In this document: positions 48,299 to 58,800 of the stretch, one piece after another
How positions within the stretch are numbered: the first letter of the stretch is position 1
How the letters are laid out: every line of letters starts with the position of its first letter
Source: a virus
Length of the DNA: 64,000 nucleotides
Strand: one strand, 5' to 3'
IMG/VR virus record: IMGVR_UViG_3300007734_000759
Coordinates: 23,154-87,153 of that record
Notes under the pieces: model-generated
Seen by the model: only the letters and a program-made list of their open reading frames with translations
The model's database searches: none
Told to the model about the DNA's origin: nothing
Program-made: the position numbers and the translations under genes

Positions 48299-49060
48299 AT
48301 GGAATCAAAGTTTAAGTTGCCAACAGAAATAGTTGAGTTGCCATCAAAAGGTTTACTGTACTCACAAGAAAGTCCTCTATCTAAAGGTACAATTGAAATG
48401 AAGTACATGACCACAAAAGAAGAGGATATCCTAACAAATCAAAATTATATCCGTCAAGGAATTGTAATTGATAAATTACTACAGTCGATGATTATTACTG
48501 ATATAAATTTCGATGATTTATTGATCGGAGACAAAGACGCTATTATGGTAGCTGCAAGAATTTTAGGGTACGGTAAGGATTATGTAGTATCATACGAGGA
48601 TCCGTTAACAGGACAAAACCAGAGCTATGCTGTTGACCTAACCTCGTTAAAGGACAAACCACTATCTCCAGCACTAAAGAAAGCACAGGGAGTGAATGAA
48701 TTTACTTTTACGCTTCCTCATAGTAAGACTGACATAACTTTCCGTTTAATGACCCACGGATTGGATAAGCAAATTGATAAGGAACTTGCAGGATTGAAAA
48801 AAATTAATCCTAATGCAACAGCAGAAATGTCAACTAGGTTAAAGTATATTATCACATCTGCGGGAGGATCACGTGACCAAAAAGATATTAGAGAGTTTGT
48901 AGACAATTACCTACTTGCAATCGATTCACGTGCCTTACGCGAGTATATGGCGGAACTTACCCCTGGAATCGATTTAACATATACTTTTGAAAAAGATGGC
49001 TACGTTGAGGAGGGCGTAGATCTCCCAATTGGGGTTGACTTTTTTTGGCCTAAGTCCTGA
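48299..49060 (+). CDS. Tail assembly chaperone / baseplate hub assembly protein (gp26-like)
   Basis: ELPSKG...MTTKEEDIL, LLIGDKDAIM; lies between tube and tape measure; ends in DFFWPKS. Confidence 0.7.
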   Translation: MESKFKLPTEIVELPSKGLLYSQESPLSKGTIEMKYMTTKEEDILTNQNYIRQGIVIDKLLQSMIITDINFDDLLIGDKDAIMVAARILGYGKDYVVSYEDPLTGQNQSYAVDLTSLKDKPLSPALKKAQGVNEFTFTLPHSKTDITFRLMTHGLDKQIDKELAGLKKINPNATAEMSTRLKYIITSAGGSRDQKDIREFVDNYLLAIDSRALREYMAELTPGIDLTYTFEKDGYVEEGVDLPIGVDFFWPKS

Positions 49061-49331
49061 ATATAGAATGTCTGTTTTTAGACAACTACATGAAATCGTT
49101 TATCATGGCAATGGAGGATACGATTGGGAAACTGTATATAATATGCCTCTATGGTTAAGAAGGTTTACTTTCAATGAAATCCAAGCATACCACAATAAAC
49201 GTAGTAAACAAGAAGATGAGGATGTTGTAGAAACAACAAGACAAAACATACGAGCAGCAGGGTTTGACAGATCCTCAACAAACCAAAAGATACCAGTTCC
49301 AGACTATGTAACAAAAGCGGGCAAAAAGTAG
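49041..49331 (+). CDS. Downstream chaperone ORF (gp51-like); likely read by +1 frameshift or from ATG 49068
   Basis: +1 frame is open through the T7 run (FFGLSPEYRMSVFRQLHEIV...YNMPLWLRRF). Confidence 0.6.
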   Translation, partial: FFGLSPEYRMSVFRQLHEIVYHGNGGYDWETVYNMPLWLRRFTFNEIQAYHNKRSKQEDEDVVETTRQNIRAAGFDRSSTNQKIPVPDYVTKAGKK

Positions 49332-49339
49332 CCCGCTTT
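49314..49339 (+). terminator. Hairpin at the end of the chaperone ORF (possible weak terminator)
   Basis: AAAGCGGGC (49314-49322) pairs with GCCCGCTTT (49331-49339); only a short T tract. Confidence 0.45.
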
Positions 49340-49348
49340 ATATTTATA
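49340..49348 (+). promoter_or_regulatory. ATATTTATA putative late-promoter motif
   Basis: Upstream of the tape measure ATG. Confidence 0.55.
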
Positions 49349-49369
49349 AGAGCATGCAAACTAATATAA

Positions 49370-52348
49370 ATGGGGCAAAGTAAACAAGATATACAAAATC
49401 TGATAGATCAACTTAATCAACTAAGAAAGGATGCTAACCGTCCTTTAGTGGATTTTGATGAGAAACAGTTTCAAGATGCTGCAAGATATGCTAAGGAGCT
49501 TAAAACACAGATCGACGAGGCACGAAGGACTTCAAAAGATTTAGCAAGTGAGTGGACTTATATTACAGATAGAATAAAAGAAGCATCTAAAAACTTAGAA
49601 GGTAACAATAGACATTTAGAAACTGCTAAACAAGCTTATAGTAGAATAGCAAATTTAACAGAGCAACTAGAACAACATGCCACTCAACAGTCAAATTTAT
49701 CGATTATAGAGCTAAGAACTATAAGAGCGAAGCTGGCTGAAGAAAAAAAATTACTAAATCAACAACTACAGCTGACAGATTTATCAGAGCAGGAACGACA
49801 GACTCTGGAAGAGAAATTAAAGCTTACTGATGAGCAGATTCAGAAAAGCACTAAGCTGATAAAGGAAGAGCAAAAACTTTCAAAGATTTTCTCGGATCAG
49901 AGAGAAATACTTAAAGAGGAAGTTCAACAAAGCATAAAACGAAACCTTGAAGCGATAAGCTACGGAAGTATTCTAAAAGGAGTATACAACGCAGCCGTAA
50001 ACCTCAGCGATAAAACTTATCAAAACCAAGTAAACCTAGGGTTATCCAGCAAAGCAGCTCAGGAGATGACCAATAACCTGATGCAGGTGTCTTCGACAAT
50101 GAAGAACGTCACGTTTGCAGATGCCGTAACGAGCAACCAGGAACTAAATGATCAGTTCGGAGTATCGACACAGTTTTCTAATGAGATGATACAATCTCAA
50201 CAGCAGATGAAAGATTTGCTGGGACTTAGCTCAGAGGAAGCAGGCAGGTTGGCGTCTTATACTGTATTGACAGGAGTAAAGCAAAACGATTTAACCAAGT
50301 CGATAGGTAAAAGCAGTGATAAACTCCTTAACAATAAAAAAATACTAAAAGAAGTTCTATCAATTGACGGGCAGCTGGCAGCCCAATATAAAAATGAGCC
50401 AAAACTTATAGCAAAGGCGGTTGAGCAAACAACTAAACTAGGTCTAACTCTAAAACAAGCAGCAGATGCTTCAAGAGGTTTATTAGATTTTGAAAGCAGT
50501 ATTGCCAACGAACTTGAAGCTGAACTACTGACAGGTAAGGACTTAAATTTAGAAAAAGCACGATACCTAGCCCTACAAGGCGACTCTGCAGGGGCAGCTA
50601 AGGAGATGATGCGAGAGGTAGGAGGATTGGCTGGATTCCAAAAGATGAACGTCCTACAACAAGATGCATTAGCTAAGTCTGTGGGAATGACAACTGACCA
50701 GCTTGCGGATGCAATGAAGAAGGAGGAGGAGATAAATAAGATTCGCAGAGAAGGGGGACCTGCAGCATTAGGAAGAATTGAAGAACTAAAAAGACAAGGC
50801 AAGACAGAGGAAGCAAACCAACTCCAGAAAAGCTTAGCTGAAGGAAAAAGTCTAGATGTTGCTGAGAAGGAATTGTCCATCAGCCAACAAATGCAAAAAA
50901 ATAAGGACAAGCTTACACAAGCATTAACTAAACTAGTTGCTTCTCCTGCAATGACAGCAATATCTAAAACACTAGGATTCCTAGCGGATATGCTAGCTAA
51001 TCCAGTTGTAAGTGCTGCCTTAGGTGGTATAGGAGCAGCAGCAGCCATAGTAGCAGGTATCGGAGCTGTTAGGAGTGTTATAGGAGTAGTAAAAAACATG
51101 CTGTTTGGCAAAAGAGGTGAATCAGCCAACCGACCTCTCTACACACAAAACGTAGGAGGAGGAGGAGGCGGAGGGTCTGCCTCTGCAGACTTAGCAGGAG
51201 CTCTTACAGGTGAAGGTGGAGGAGAAGGTGGAGGAGAAGGCGGAGGAGGTATTATGAGCATGTTTAAAAAAGGTGGATTAAAAAACATATTCAAAAAAGG
51301 AGGACTTAAAAATCTAATCAAAGGTGGAGGAGGATTGAAGGGTATGCTTAAAGGAGGATTAGGAGCAGTGATGGGAAGCGGTGGAGGAGGAATAGCATCA
51401 ATGCTACTAGGAGGTGAAGGAGGAGGATTTTTAGATTCAATTATGGGGGGAGGAGCTTCAGAAAGTGCAGGAGGAGCTCCAAGCAGTACAGGTCCACTAA
51501 CAAAGTCAGGTAAACCTGATATGCGGTACAAAGCTAATAGAGTAGGTGCTACAACTTCAAAAAGTGCATCCGTAGCAGGAGATGTAGCAGAAACAGCTTC
51601 AAAGGGAAAAGGAGGATTGTTTTCGAAAGTGGGAAACTTCTTTGGAGGAATGGCTAAAAAAGCAGGTGGCTTTTTAAGCAAACTTAATCCAATGACCTAC
51701 TTAAAAAAAATATTTACAGATAAAGGAATACTTAAAAAGGTTTTAAGTAAAATACCTAAAATAGGAAGTATAGCCAATTTAGCTATGACCGCCTACGATC
51801 TATATAGCAAAGGTGCTTCACTAGCTGAAATGAAGGAGCAAGGAGCAAGTTATCAAGACATAGGAAAACAGTTACTGATGACGATAGGAGATTTAGGAGG
51901 AACCTTCTTAGGAGGAATGTTAGGAACGTTAATAGGTCCGGGACCAGGAAACCTACTAGGAGGTATGCTAGGAGGAATGGCAGGTAGTGCATTAGCAGGT
52001 TTGATAGCGGATAATGTTAACTTAGAGGGATTAGGCAAAACCGTTGCAGGAATATTTGGAGGGGGTGGCGGTAGTGCACCTAAACCTGCTACAAAGGTGG
52101 AAGACGCGATCATCTCGGGACAAGGCCCAATAGTGAAAACATCAGCAGGAGTATTTCAAGGTCGTCCGGATGATGTAGCTATACTTGGTACAAAGGTAGG
52201 AGCAGGTGGGGGAAATTCGGAAATGGTGAATGAACTTAGGGCAATTCGACAAGTGTTGAGTCAAATTTTAGCAAAAGAAGGAGATATAACTTTGGATGGA
52301 ATTAAATTAGGTACAGCATTAAGCATTTCAACTAGAAAACTTCAATAA
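49370..52348 (+). CDS. Tail tape measure protein
   Basis: Long coiled-coil N-half, Gly-rich hydrophobic C-half, follows the chaperones. Confidence 0.85.
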   Translation: MGQSKQDIQNLIDQLNQLRKDANRPLVDFDEKQFQDAARYAKELKTQIDEARRTSKDLASEWTYITDRIKEASKNLEGNNRHLETAKQAYSRIANLTEQLEQHATQQSNLSIIELRTIRAKLAEEKKLLNQQLQLTDLSEQERQTLEEKLKLTDEQIQKSTKLIKEEQKLSKIFSDQREILKEEVQQSIKRNLEAISYGSILKGVYNAAVNLSDKTYQNQVNLGLSSKAAQEMTNNLMQVSSTMKNVTFADAVTSNQELNDQFGVSTQFSNEMIQSQQQMKDLLGLSSEEAGRLASYTVLTGVKQNDLTKSIGKSSDKLLNNKKILKEVLSIDGQLAAQYKNEPKLIAKAVEQTTKLGLTLKQAADASRGLLDFESSIANELEAELLTGKDLNLEKARYLALQGDSAGAAKEMMREVGGLAGFQKMNVLQQDALAKSVGMTTDQLADAMKKEEEINKIRREGGPAALGRIEELKRQGKTEEANQLQKSLAEGKSLDVAEKELSISQQMQKNKDKLTQALTKLVASPAMTAISKTLGFLADMLANPVVSAALGGIGAAAAIVAGIGAVRSVIGVVKNMLFGKRGESANRPLYTQNVGGGGGGGSASADLAGALTGEGGGEGGGEGGGGIMSMFKKGGLKNIFKKGGLKNLIKGGGGLKGMLKGGLGAVMGSGGGGIASMLLGGEGGGFLDSIMGGGASESAGGAPSSTGPLTKSGKPDMRYKANRVGATTSKSASVAGDVAETASKGKGGLFSKVGNFFGGMAKKAGGFLSKLNPMTYLKKIFTDKGILKKVLSKIPKIGSIANLAMTAYDLYSKGASLAEMKEQGASYQDIGKQLLMTIGDLGGTFLGGMLGTLIGPGPGNLLGGMLGGMAGSALAGLIADNVNLEGLGKTVAGIFGGGGGSAPKPATKVEDAIISGQGPIVKTSAGVFQGRPDDVAILGTKVGAGGGNSEMVNELRAIRQVLSQILAKEGDITLDGIKLGTALSISTRKLQ

Positions 52349-52353
52349 GTTAG

Positions 52354-52361
52354 ATATTTAT
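52354..52361 (+). promoter_or_regulatory. ATATTTAT putative late-promoter motif
   Basis: Upstream of ATG 52377. Confidence 0.55.
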
Positions 52362-52376
52362 CATAAAAGTACTATC

Positions 52377-52706
52377 ATGGGATTATACGATAAACTCACA
52401 AAAGGAGGAACTCCTTTCTCAATCACAGGAAACGGATCAACTCCATCAACAAATCCTCTAGCAACTAAGGATTCTAAAATGCATGCTGATAATAACGCGG
52501 CAGGCTATTCACTAAGTGGCCAGAATGCTTCACTAGTTAATTCTCAATACCAGCAGTACGTGGATGGAGTACCTAACTTCTTACCACAACCATCTGGATT
52601 GGATATCAACGGATTAAAGCCAATAACAGCATTAAAAGATCCTAAAACGATATCTATTAACGACAGCTTTTCAAAAGGACAATACCTTAACAATTTACCT
52701 CGCTGA
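52377..52706 (+). CDS. Hypothetical tail/baseplate-associated protein
   Basis: 109 aa after the tape measure gene. Confidence 0.45.
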   Translation: MGLYDKLTKGGTPFSITGNGSTPSTNPLATKDSKMHADNNAAGYSLSGQNASLVNSQYQQYVDGVPNFLPQPSGLDINGLKPITALKDPKTISINDSFSKGQYLNNLPR

Positions 52707-52710
52707 TTAA

Positions 52711-55533
52711 ATGGGTCTTGTAGATTTAAAAACCGATCTCAAATCTTTAAAGTTCGGAAAGGATAGACCTTTCGGTGGTAGCAGTAATCAACCTTATATA
52801 CAAAAACCAATTCCTGACGAGCTGCCAGTATCCTCTCCTGATTTTCTTTTGAGAAATGGATTTTTAAATCCAGTTTCTTCTGCAACAGACGTTGTTAGAC
52901 TCAGCAAGTATTTCACCGACTTGAAAACTCCTTCAGGTATTTTATTCACACTAAAGCAGAATACTTTATCTAGAACAGCAGTAAGAACCCAAGCATCGGT
53001 AGGACCACTAAACGATAAAATATACCTACCAACAAATACACTAGCCCAGGCCGCAGGTGTATCTACTGGACTGCATCTCAACAAACAAGGCGCTTTTGGA
53101 GGCGTAGCAGAGGATTTAGGATTCGGAGCGACATACGTCTCCAGACTTAGATTTTTAGGCACTCTAGGGCCTGTAGCAAACAGGTTAGTTGAGTTATATG
53201 ACAGTAAGATCGAAGGACAGTTTATAGCAGGTATTCCAATAAACAATGTATCTCCATTTGGTGGAGAGCTGCTTAGGTATCAAGGAGGTCCTGGTGCTCC
53301 GTTGGGAATAGGACAAACTAAGATTAAATTTGCAAAAGGCAGCCCAGGAATTCCTTCACAGATAGGACCTTTAAGAACTGGTAACAATAATCTGCAAATA
53401 AAATTAGGGAAGGCAAAAGGATTCATCTCAAGTGTCAATCAAAACCTTATACAAGACTATACTCCAAAGTTAGGAGTTACGTATGAGTACGATGCATCCT
53501 CAACAACCAATACTAATATTATAGGAGATACACTATTTCCTAATCCACTATCCCCAGGAGGAACCATCCTGAATCCACAATTCAATCCACAGATATATAA
53601 TCAAAGTCCAAACGGAGATATATACATAGGTCCAACAGGTCCTGAAATTAATCAAAGTAAACTTCAACAATCGATATTGAGACCTATTCCTACTATCGAT
53701 TATGTGAAAGTAGCAGGAATTGATCCAACCCTAACTATATCTGGGAAAGCGGCATCAGCAACTTCTAAGTACTACCTAAGTGCTAATGCATCAGGATTTA
53801 GTGCTGCGCAGAAGGCACAAATATTAAGCAGTTATCCTAACGGTCCAAACAACACAGTTACATTAGCATTTGACGGAACTGTTTATAAAAAAGACAACAA
53901 AGGAGAATTACTATTTAATCCCAGCACATCAGGACCAGAGCTGCTAGGTACAGTAGCATCTAGGTATCAACAAGGCAATGCTAAGCAGGTAAGCTTAAAT
54001 AACTCAAACTCAGGTCTTTTTAGATCAACATTAGGAGTAACTACCGGCTACCAAGGAGTACCAGTACAACCCCAATCATTTACACCTAACATATACAAAT
54101 CAGGTTCGTACATAACCCCAATACTTGATACAACTCTAGCCGCTTTAAAAAATCCTCAAGCAACAGCAGCTCAAGTTAGCTTAAACAACTCAGCATCGGG
54201 AGATTTTAAATCTTTGCTGCAAATTACAAACGAAAGTGGCTCCCAATTCGTAGATAGATCTTTTAAACTAGACTATGAGCCGACACTTAACTTAGGAGAG
54301 ATAGGACCTTTACCAGCTCAGTATATACAAAAGAGCGTATATACTACATTAGAGCGAAATGCTGATAGTAAGGAATCTAGATTAGGATTAAGTTCGCTAG
54401 CAAGCGGAAGCTTTAAATTTGAAGCATCCCTAATAGGAGCACAGCTTAGAGCACCGAGCGTTTATCAAGACTCCGGTAGTGTGAAAGTTGATACAACAGC
54501 AGTTCGAGGGGGAGTAGGTGGAGGAGGAGCTTCTCTAACAGCAGGATCTACCTACACATACACACAGCAACAATTAATAGATGTTAGTAAGGAAAATTTA
54601 AGAAAAGTACAGGATTTTCGCCAGGTACTTCGGGAACAGAAAAAACTAGGAGAGATATCTCCTGATTTGAATGTAAGTGCCAACGCACCTTCCTATGCTG
54701 ATAACAATATAGAAAAAAGAACAAACCTAGGTGATCCAGGCAAGCCTGGAAGAAGTCTAGTCAGCTACACGGCAGGACCAGTACAAGCAGGATCCAAAGT
54801 AGCAGATCCGTTAGATAAAATAAACGCATTATCTGTATACAAAAGTACTGGAGTAACAACTAACTTAGTTAAAAACGATTTAGTTAAGTTTAGAATAGCA
54901 GCCATCGATAGCAACAGTCCAAACAAAAAAGAATTCTTGCATTTTAGAGCTTTCTTAAACAACTTCAGCGATAGCTATACAGCAACATGGAATCCTATAT
55001 CGTATGTAGGCAGAGGAGAAAGCTTTTACAGCTATAATGGATTCGGTAGAACAATTTCTTTAGGGTGGACCGTTGCCGCACAATCCAAACCTGAGTTAAT
55101 TGCAATGTATAAGAAGTTAAACTTCCTAGCATCCAACTTAGCACCAGATTATAGTGGATTAGGATACATGAGAGGACCATTAGTGCAATTGACAGTGGGA
55201 GGTTATATATACGAACAAGTAGGATTTATAACAGGAATGACACTTGATATTCCTGAGGAAAGTACCTGGGAGATAGGAATTAATGACACGGATGCAGGAA
55301 ACGATGCAACTGTTAAAGAACTACCTCACATGATCAAAGTTACAAGCTTTGGTTTTACACCTATTCACGAATTTATTCCAAGAAAGCAAAGGAATAGTTA
55401 CGGAGAGGATGGCATAGGAGCTGTGCAATCCTACGGCCCTCAGCAGTACATAGCATTGGCTGCAAACGAAGATGCAACAGCAACTAACTGGAGCGATGCT
55501 GAACAGTATACAATAAACACACTTAAACGTTGA
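52711..55533 (+). CDS. Baseplate / tail-tube-initiator-like protein
   Basis: C-terminal tube-like domain (FRAFLNNFSDSY...YVGRGESFYSY...RTISLGW...PLVQLTVG), followed by LysM and hub genes. Confidence 0.6.
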   Translation: MGLVDLKTDLKSLKFGKDRPFGGSSNQPYIQKPIPDELPVSSPDFLLRNGFLNPVSSATDVVRLSKYFTDLKTPSGILFTLKQNTLSRTAVRTQASVGPLNDKIYLPTNTLAQAAGVSTGLHLNKQGAFGGVAEDLGFGATYVSRLRFLGTLGPVANRLVELYDSKIEGQFIAGIPINNVSPFGGELLRYQGGPGAPLGIGQTKIKFAKGSPGIPSQIGPLRTGNNNLQIKLGKAKGFISSVNQNLIQDYTPKLGVTYEYDASSTTNTNIIGDTLFPNPLSPGGTILNPQFNPQIYNQSPNGDIYIGPTGPEINQSKLQQSILRPIPTIDYVKVAGIDPTLTISGKAASATSKYYLSANASGFSAAQKAQILSSYPNGPNNTVTLAFDGTVYKKDNKGELLFNPSTSGPELLGTVASRYQQGNAKQVSLNNSNSGLFRSTLGVTTGYQGVPVQPQSFTPNIYKSGSYITPILDTTLAALKNPQATAAQVSLNNSASGDFKSLLQITNESGSQFVDRSFKLDYEPTLNLGEIGPLPAQYIQKSVYTTLERNADSKESRLGLSSLASGSFKFEASLIGAQLRAPSVYQDSGSVKVDTTAVRGGVGGGGASLTAGSTYTYTQQQLIDVSKENLRKVQDFRQVLREQKKLGEISPDLNVSANAPSYADNNIEKRTNLGDPGKPGRSLVSYTAGPVQAGSKVADPLDKINALSVYKSTGVTTNLVKNDLVKFRIAAIDSNSPNKKEFLHFRAFLNNFSDSYTATWNPISYVGRGESFYSYNGFGRTISLGWTVAAQSKPELIAMYKKLNFLASNLAPDYSGLGYMRGPLVQLTVGGYIYEQVGFITGMTLDIPEESTWEIGINDTDAGNDATVKELPHMIKVTSFGFTPIHEFIPRKQRNSYGEDGIGAVQSYGPQQYIALAANEDATATNWSDAEQYTINTLKR

Positions 55534-55832
55534 TGAGAAGATATCTAAATATATCAACAGAGAGGATAGAAGGTAAACAAGCTTACATAACCACTCAATA
55601 TCCTGAGATTCCTCTATCGGAGACTGATCTATACCTGTATGCAACAGTTGGAGATAGATACGATACCTTAGCATTACAATTTTACGACGATGCAACTTTT
55701 TGGTGGGTGATAGCAGCAGCAAATCCCAATAATGGATTAGATTCAATTGTACCACCTCCGGGAGTGCAGTTGAGAGTTCCTCAAAATCCATTTGATGTAG
55801 TAGCATTATTTAATAGACAAAACGCAAGATAA
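55530..55832 (+). CDS. LysM-like baseplate protein
   Basis: TVGDRYDTLALQFYDDATFWWVIAAAN...GVQLRVP. Confidence 0.8.
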   Translation: MMRRYLNISTERIEGKQAYITTQYPEIPLSETDLYLYATVGDRYDTLALQFYDDATFWWVIAAANPNNGLDSIVPPPGVQLRVPQNPFDVVALFNRQNAR

Positions 55833-55833
55833 A

Positions 55834-58800
55834 ATGCCAAATATAATAGGTGAAGGTTTTAGAGACTTCGTAGTTGATCAAATAACACGAAGAGAAAGAC
55901 AGTACGGACTTGCCACTAGAACAAACCAAAACATAGCATACCAAAATAGTAAAACTGGATGGGTGTGTATGGCTTCTGGAGTAAATGTGGCTGATGTTAA
56001 CTTTTTTAAAGGATCATCGTATCAAGGGTTAAATGTTGGAGACAATACTTTAGCAAAGCAATATGTATTATTCAACGGAACTTATAACAGCTTCAACCAA
56101 CAAACAACAACTAACGCAGATAAAATCCGAACAGGAATAAATAGAGCAAATCAGAAGGAAGGGATAAACCGAGACGGTAGTATTCTAAATGAAGGAGCTT
56201 ATGGATTAGGAGGTCTCGAATTTGGACTAAGACCAATGCCAGGGATTTCATCTGTAAGCATTACATCAGGACCCAGAGGATCGTTAAGATTTGCTGAGGT
56301 AAAAATTAAAGCATGGAACAGAGCCCAGTTTGAAGCGTTGGATGCTCTATATATGCGAATAGGATACACAGTATTAATTGAATTTGGTCATAGTAATTTC
56401 TACTACAACAATGGAACATATGAGGAAAACAATCCTTGGACACTGACAGATTCTTTCTTAGACGGTGTTAATAATCTCGGTTCTATAAAAAACGAAGCAG
56501 ATACTGTGGAGGTTGTTAGAGCAGGTAAGGCATTGGGACAATATGATGTGCTTGCTATGATTAGACACCTACGGGAAAAGTCCAATGGTAATTATGATGC
56601 TTTATACGGCAAAGTAGTTAATTTTAACTGGAGCTATCAGAAAGATGGTAGTTATGATATAACTGTTAAAGTAGTTAGTATGGGAGACGTTATTGAGGCC
56701 CTAAAGCTCAACACTATGTCAACCCCTAGAAGTCTAGCATCCGGAAGCACAGCTCAAGAAGGAGAAGCCCAAGCAATCGAAAACCCAACATCAGCACAGC
56801 TCATTGAAAGCTACTCAAGTAAGCACGACATAGGTAAGATGCTCAACGATGTACGCCTATCAATAGACCAGAACGGTACTGATAGCCCTGGCTACATAAG
56901 GTATGTAAAGTATGGTGTTTCAAAAGACTCAACAGGAAGAACCTTAGTAGATGCATTTAGATTGGGAGTTCTAGGATCCTTTCCTAGGTACTACATACGT
57001 CTAGGGTCGTTTCTGCAATGGTACCAAGTAGCAAAAATGATTGTTGTCAAAGACGACCAACCGTTATTGTCCATTGACTACGACACTGACTCTAATCTAG
57101 TGTACTTTGCTGAAGGTCAACGCAGTACTGATCCTACAATATGTATTCTATCCTTAGAATACCCTCTTATTGACGGAACTAAGAGAGTATACGCCCCTGG
57201 AGTGGAGAAGTATGCCGAAAATATAAAGCAAGGGTACGGTAAAATAATGAACACGTATATGAACTTCGAGTACCTGCTAACAACATTAGATGCTGTGCAG
57301 GATAGTGAAGGGAACGTAGTGTTAGTAGATTTTCTAGAAAAAATTCTTTCTGGAATCTGCGAAGCTACAGGCAATGTTAATAAACTATCAGTAGCGATAG
57401 ATGAAGAGGAAAATATTATAAGAATCATAGACGAAGTAAAATTACCAGGTAGAGACGAGTTAATAGCCAAGCTCAACAAAGGTAAAGCACCTAAACTTGC
57501 ATTATTTACTATGTATGGGTTTAGGACTGAAGGAAACGGTTCTGGAGCTAATAGAGGATCTTTCGTAAAAGATTTCAATATACAAACAGGTTTTTCTAAG
57601 GAAACCGCTGCAATGATAGCCATAGGAGCTCAAGCAAATGCACAAGTCGTAGGAGAAGATGCAACAGCATTTTCTGCTTGGAGTAGAGGCTTAGTTGATA
57701 GAATCGAACCTAGTAAATTAGATAAAGCAGTCAGCCCCGCTACAGGATCATTTGATGAAACGTTTAAAACAGATCTTGTCAACTACAACAAATATCTGAG
57801 TGAAATATCAAACGGTAATGGAACAGGAGCACCTACCTTTAATACAAACCAAATAAGCACCTGGGCTTCCTTTCAACGAACTTATCTACAATATAAGATT
57901 GGAGAAAATGCAAGATCCAAAGATGTAGCTTCGAATACAATAGGCTTTTTGCCAATCAACCTTTCTTTAACAATGGAAGGGTTATCAGGAATGAAAGTAT
58001 ATCAGAAATTTGCAGTTGATTCTGCTTTTCTACCTGCCAATTACCCAACAGCCTTAGAGTTCATTGTAAAATCCATAGCACACTCAATTGAAGGCAACCA
58101 ATGGACAACAACCATTGAATCGCTAGTAGTTCCTAATTCGATTCCTAAGACAGGAGAGATGGGATATTTACGAGAGGTACCGTCTGCAAACGGAGCACAA
58201 ACAGGAACAGGAGGAGGAGCTGCACCACCTCCAACCAATCAAGAACAGATCATAGGAACAGTTCCAGCAAGAGGAAATGATTCACAAGCAGCAGTAAATG
58301 CAATTATTGCAGCTGCAAATCACGTATTTGGAGTACCACTATCACCGGAAACAAGGTCGCGATGTGCTAGGTACACCTACAACTTAGCAAAATCCTACGT
58401 GGAAGCATTAGCTAATAACATTACAAAGCCAAGAGGGGCGTCAGAACCAGCAGGAGGAAATGCCAACGATGCCAGCTACCGAGCTGCTCTAACCAAGTTA
58501 GGTTATTCAGGAACTAAAATAGGCAATTTTAGAGGATCTGATCTAGATGCAGAGTTAAGGAAATCTCAGTTCAACATCGGAGACGTAATAATATACTATA
58601 GAGGAAGTGAAAAATTCCACACTCAAATTTACCACAAAGGTTATATATCTAAAGGATTCAATTGGGCTTGTGACCAGAAAAACAACTTTGGTGCTAATTT
58701 CGTATATAGACGTACACATTCAAACGCTATATTCGAGTTTTGGGTATTTAAAGCTCCAGGCTCAGTACCCCAAACAGTAGCCAATAAACCGCAAACAACA

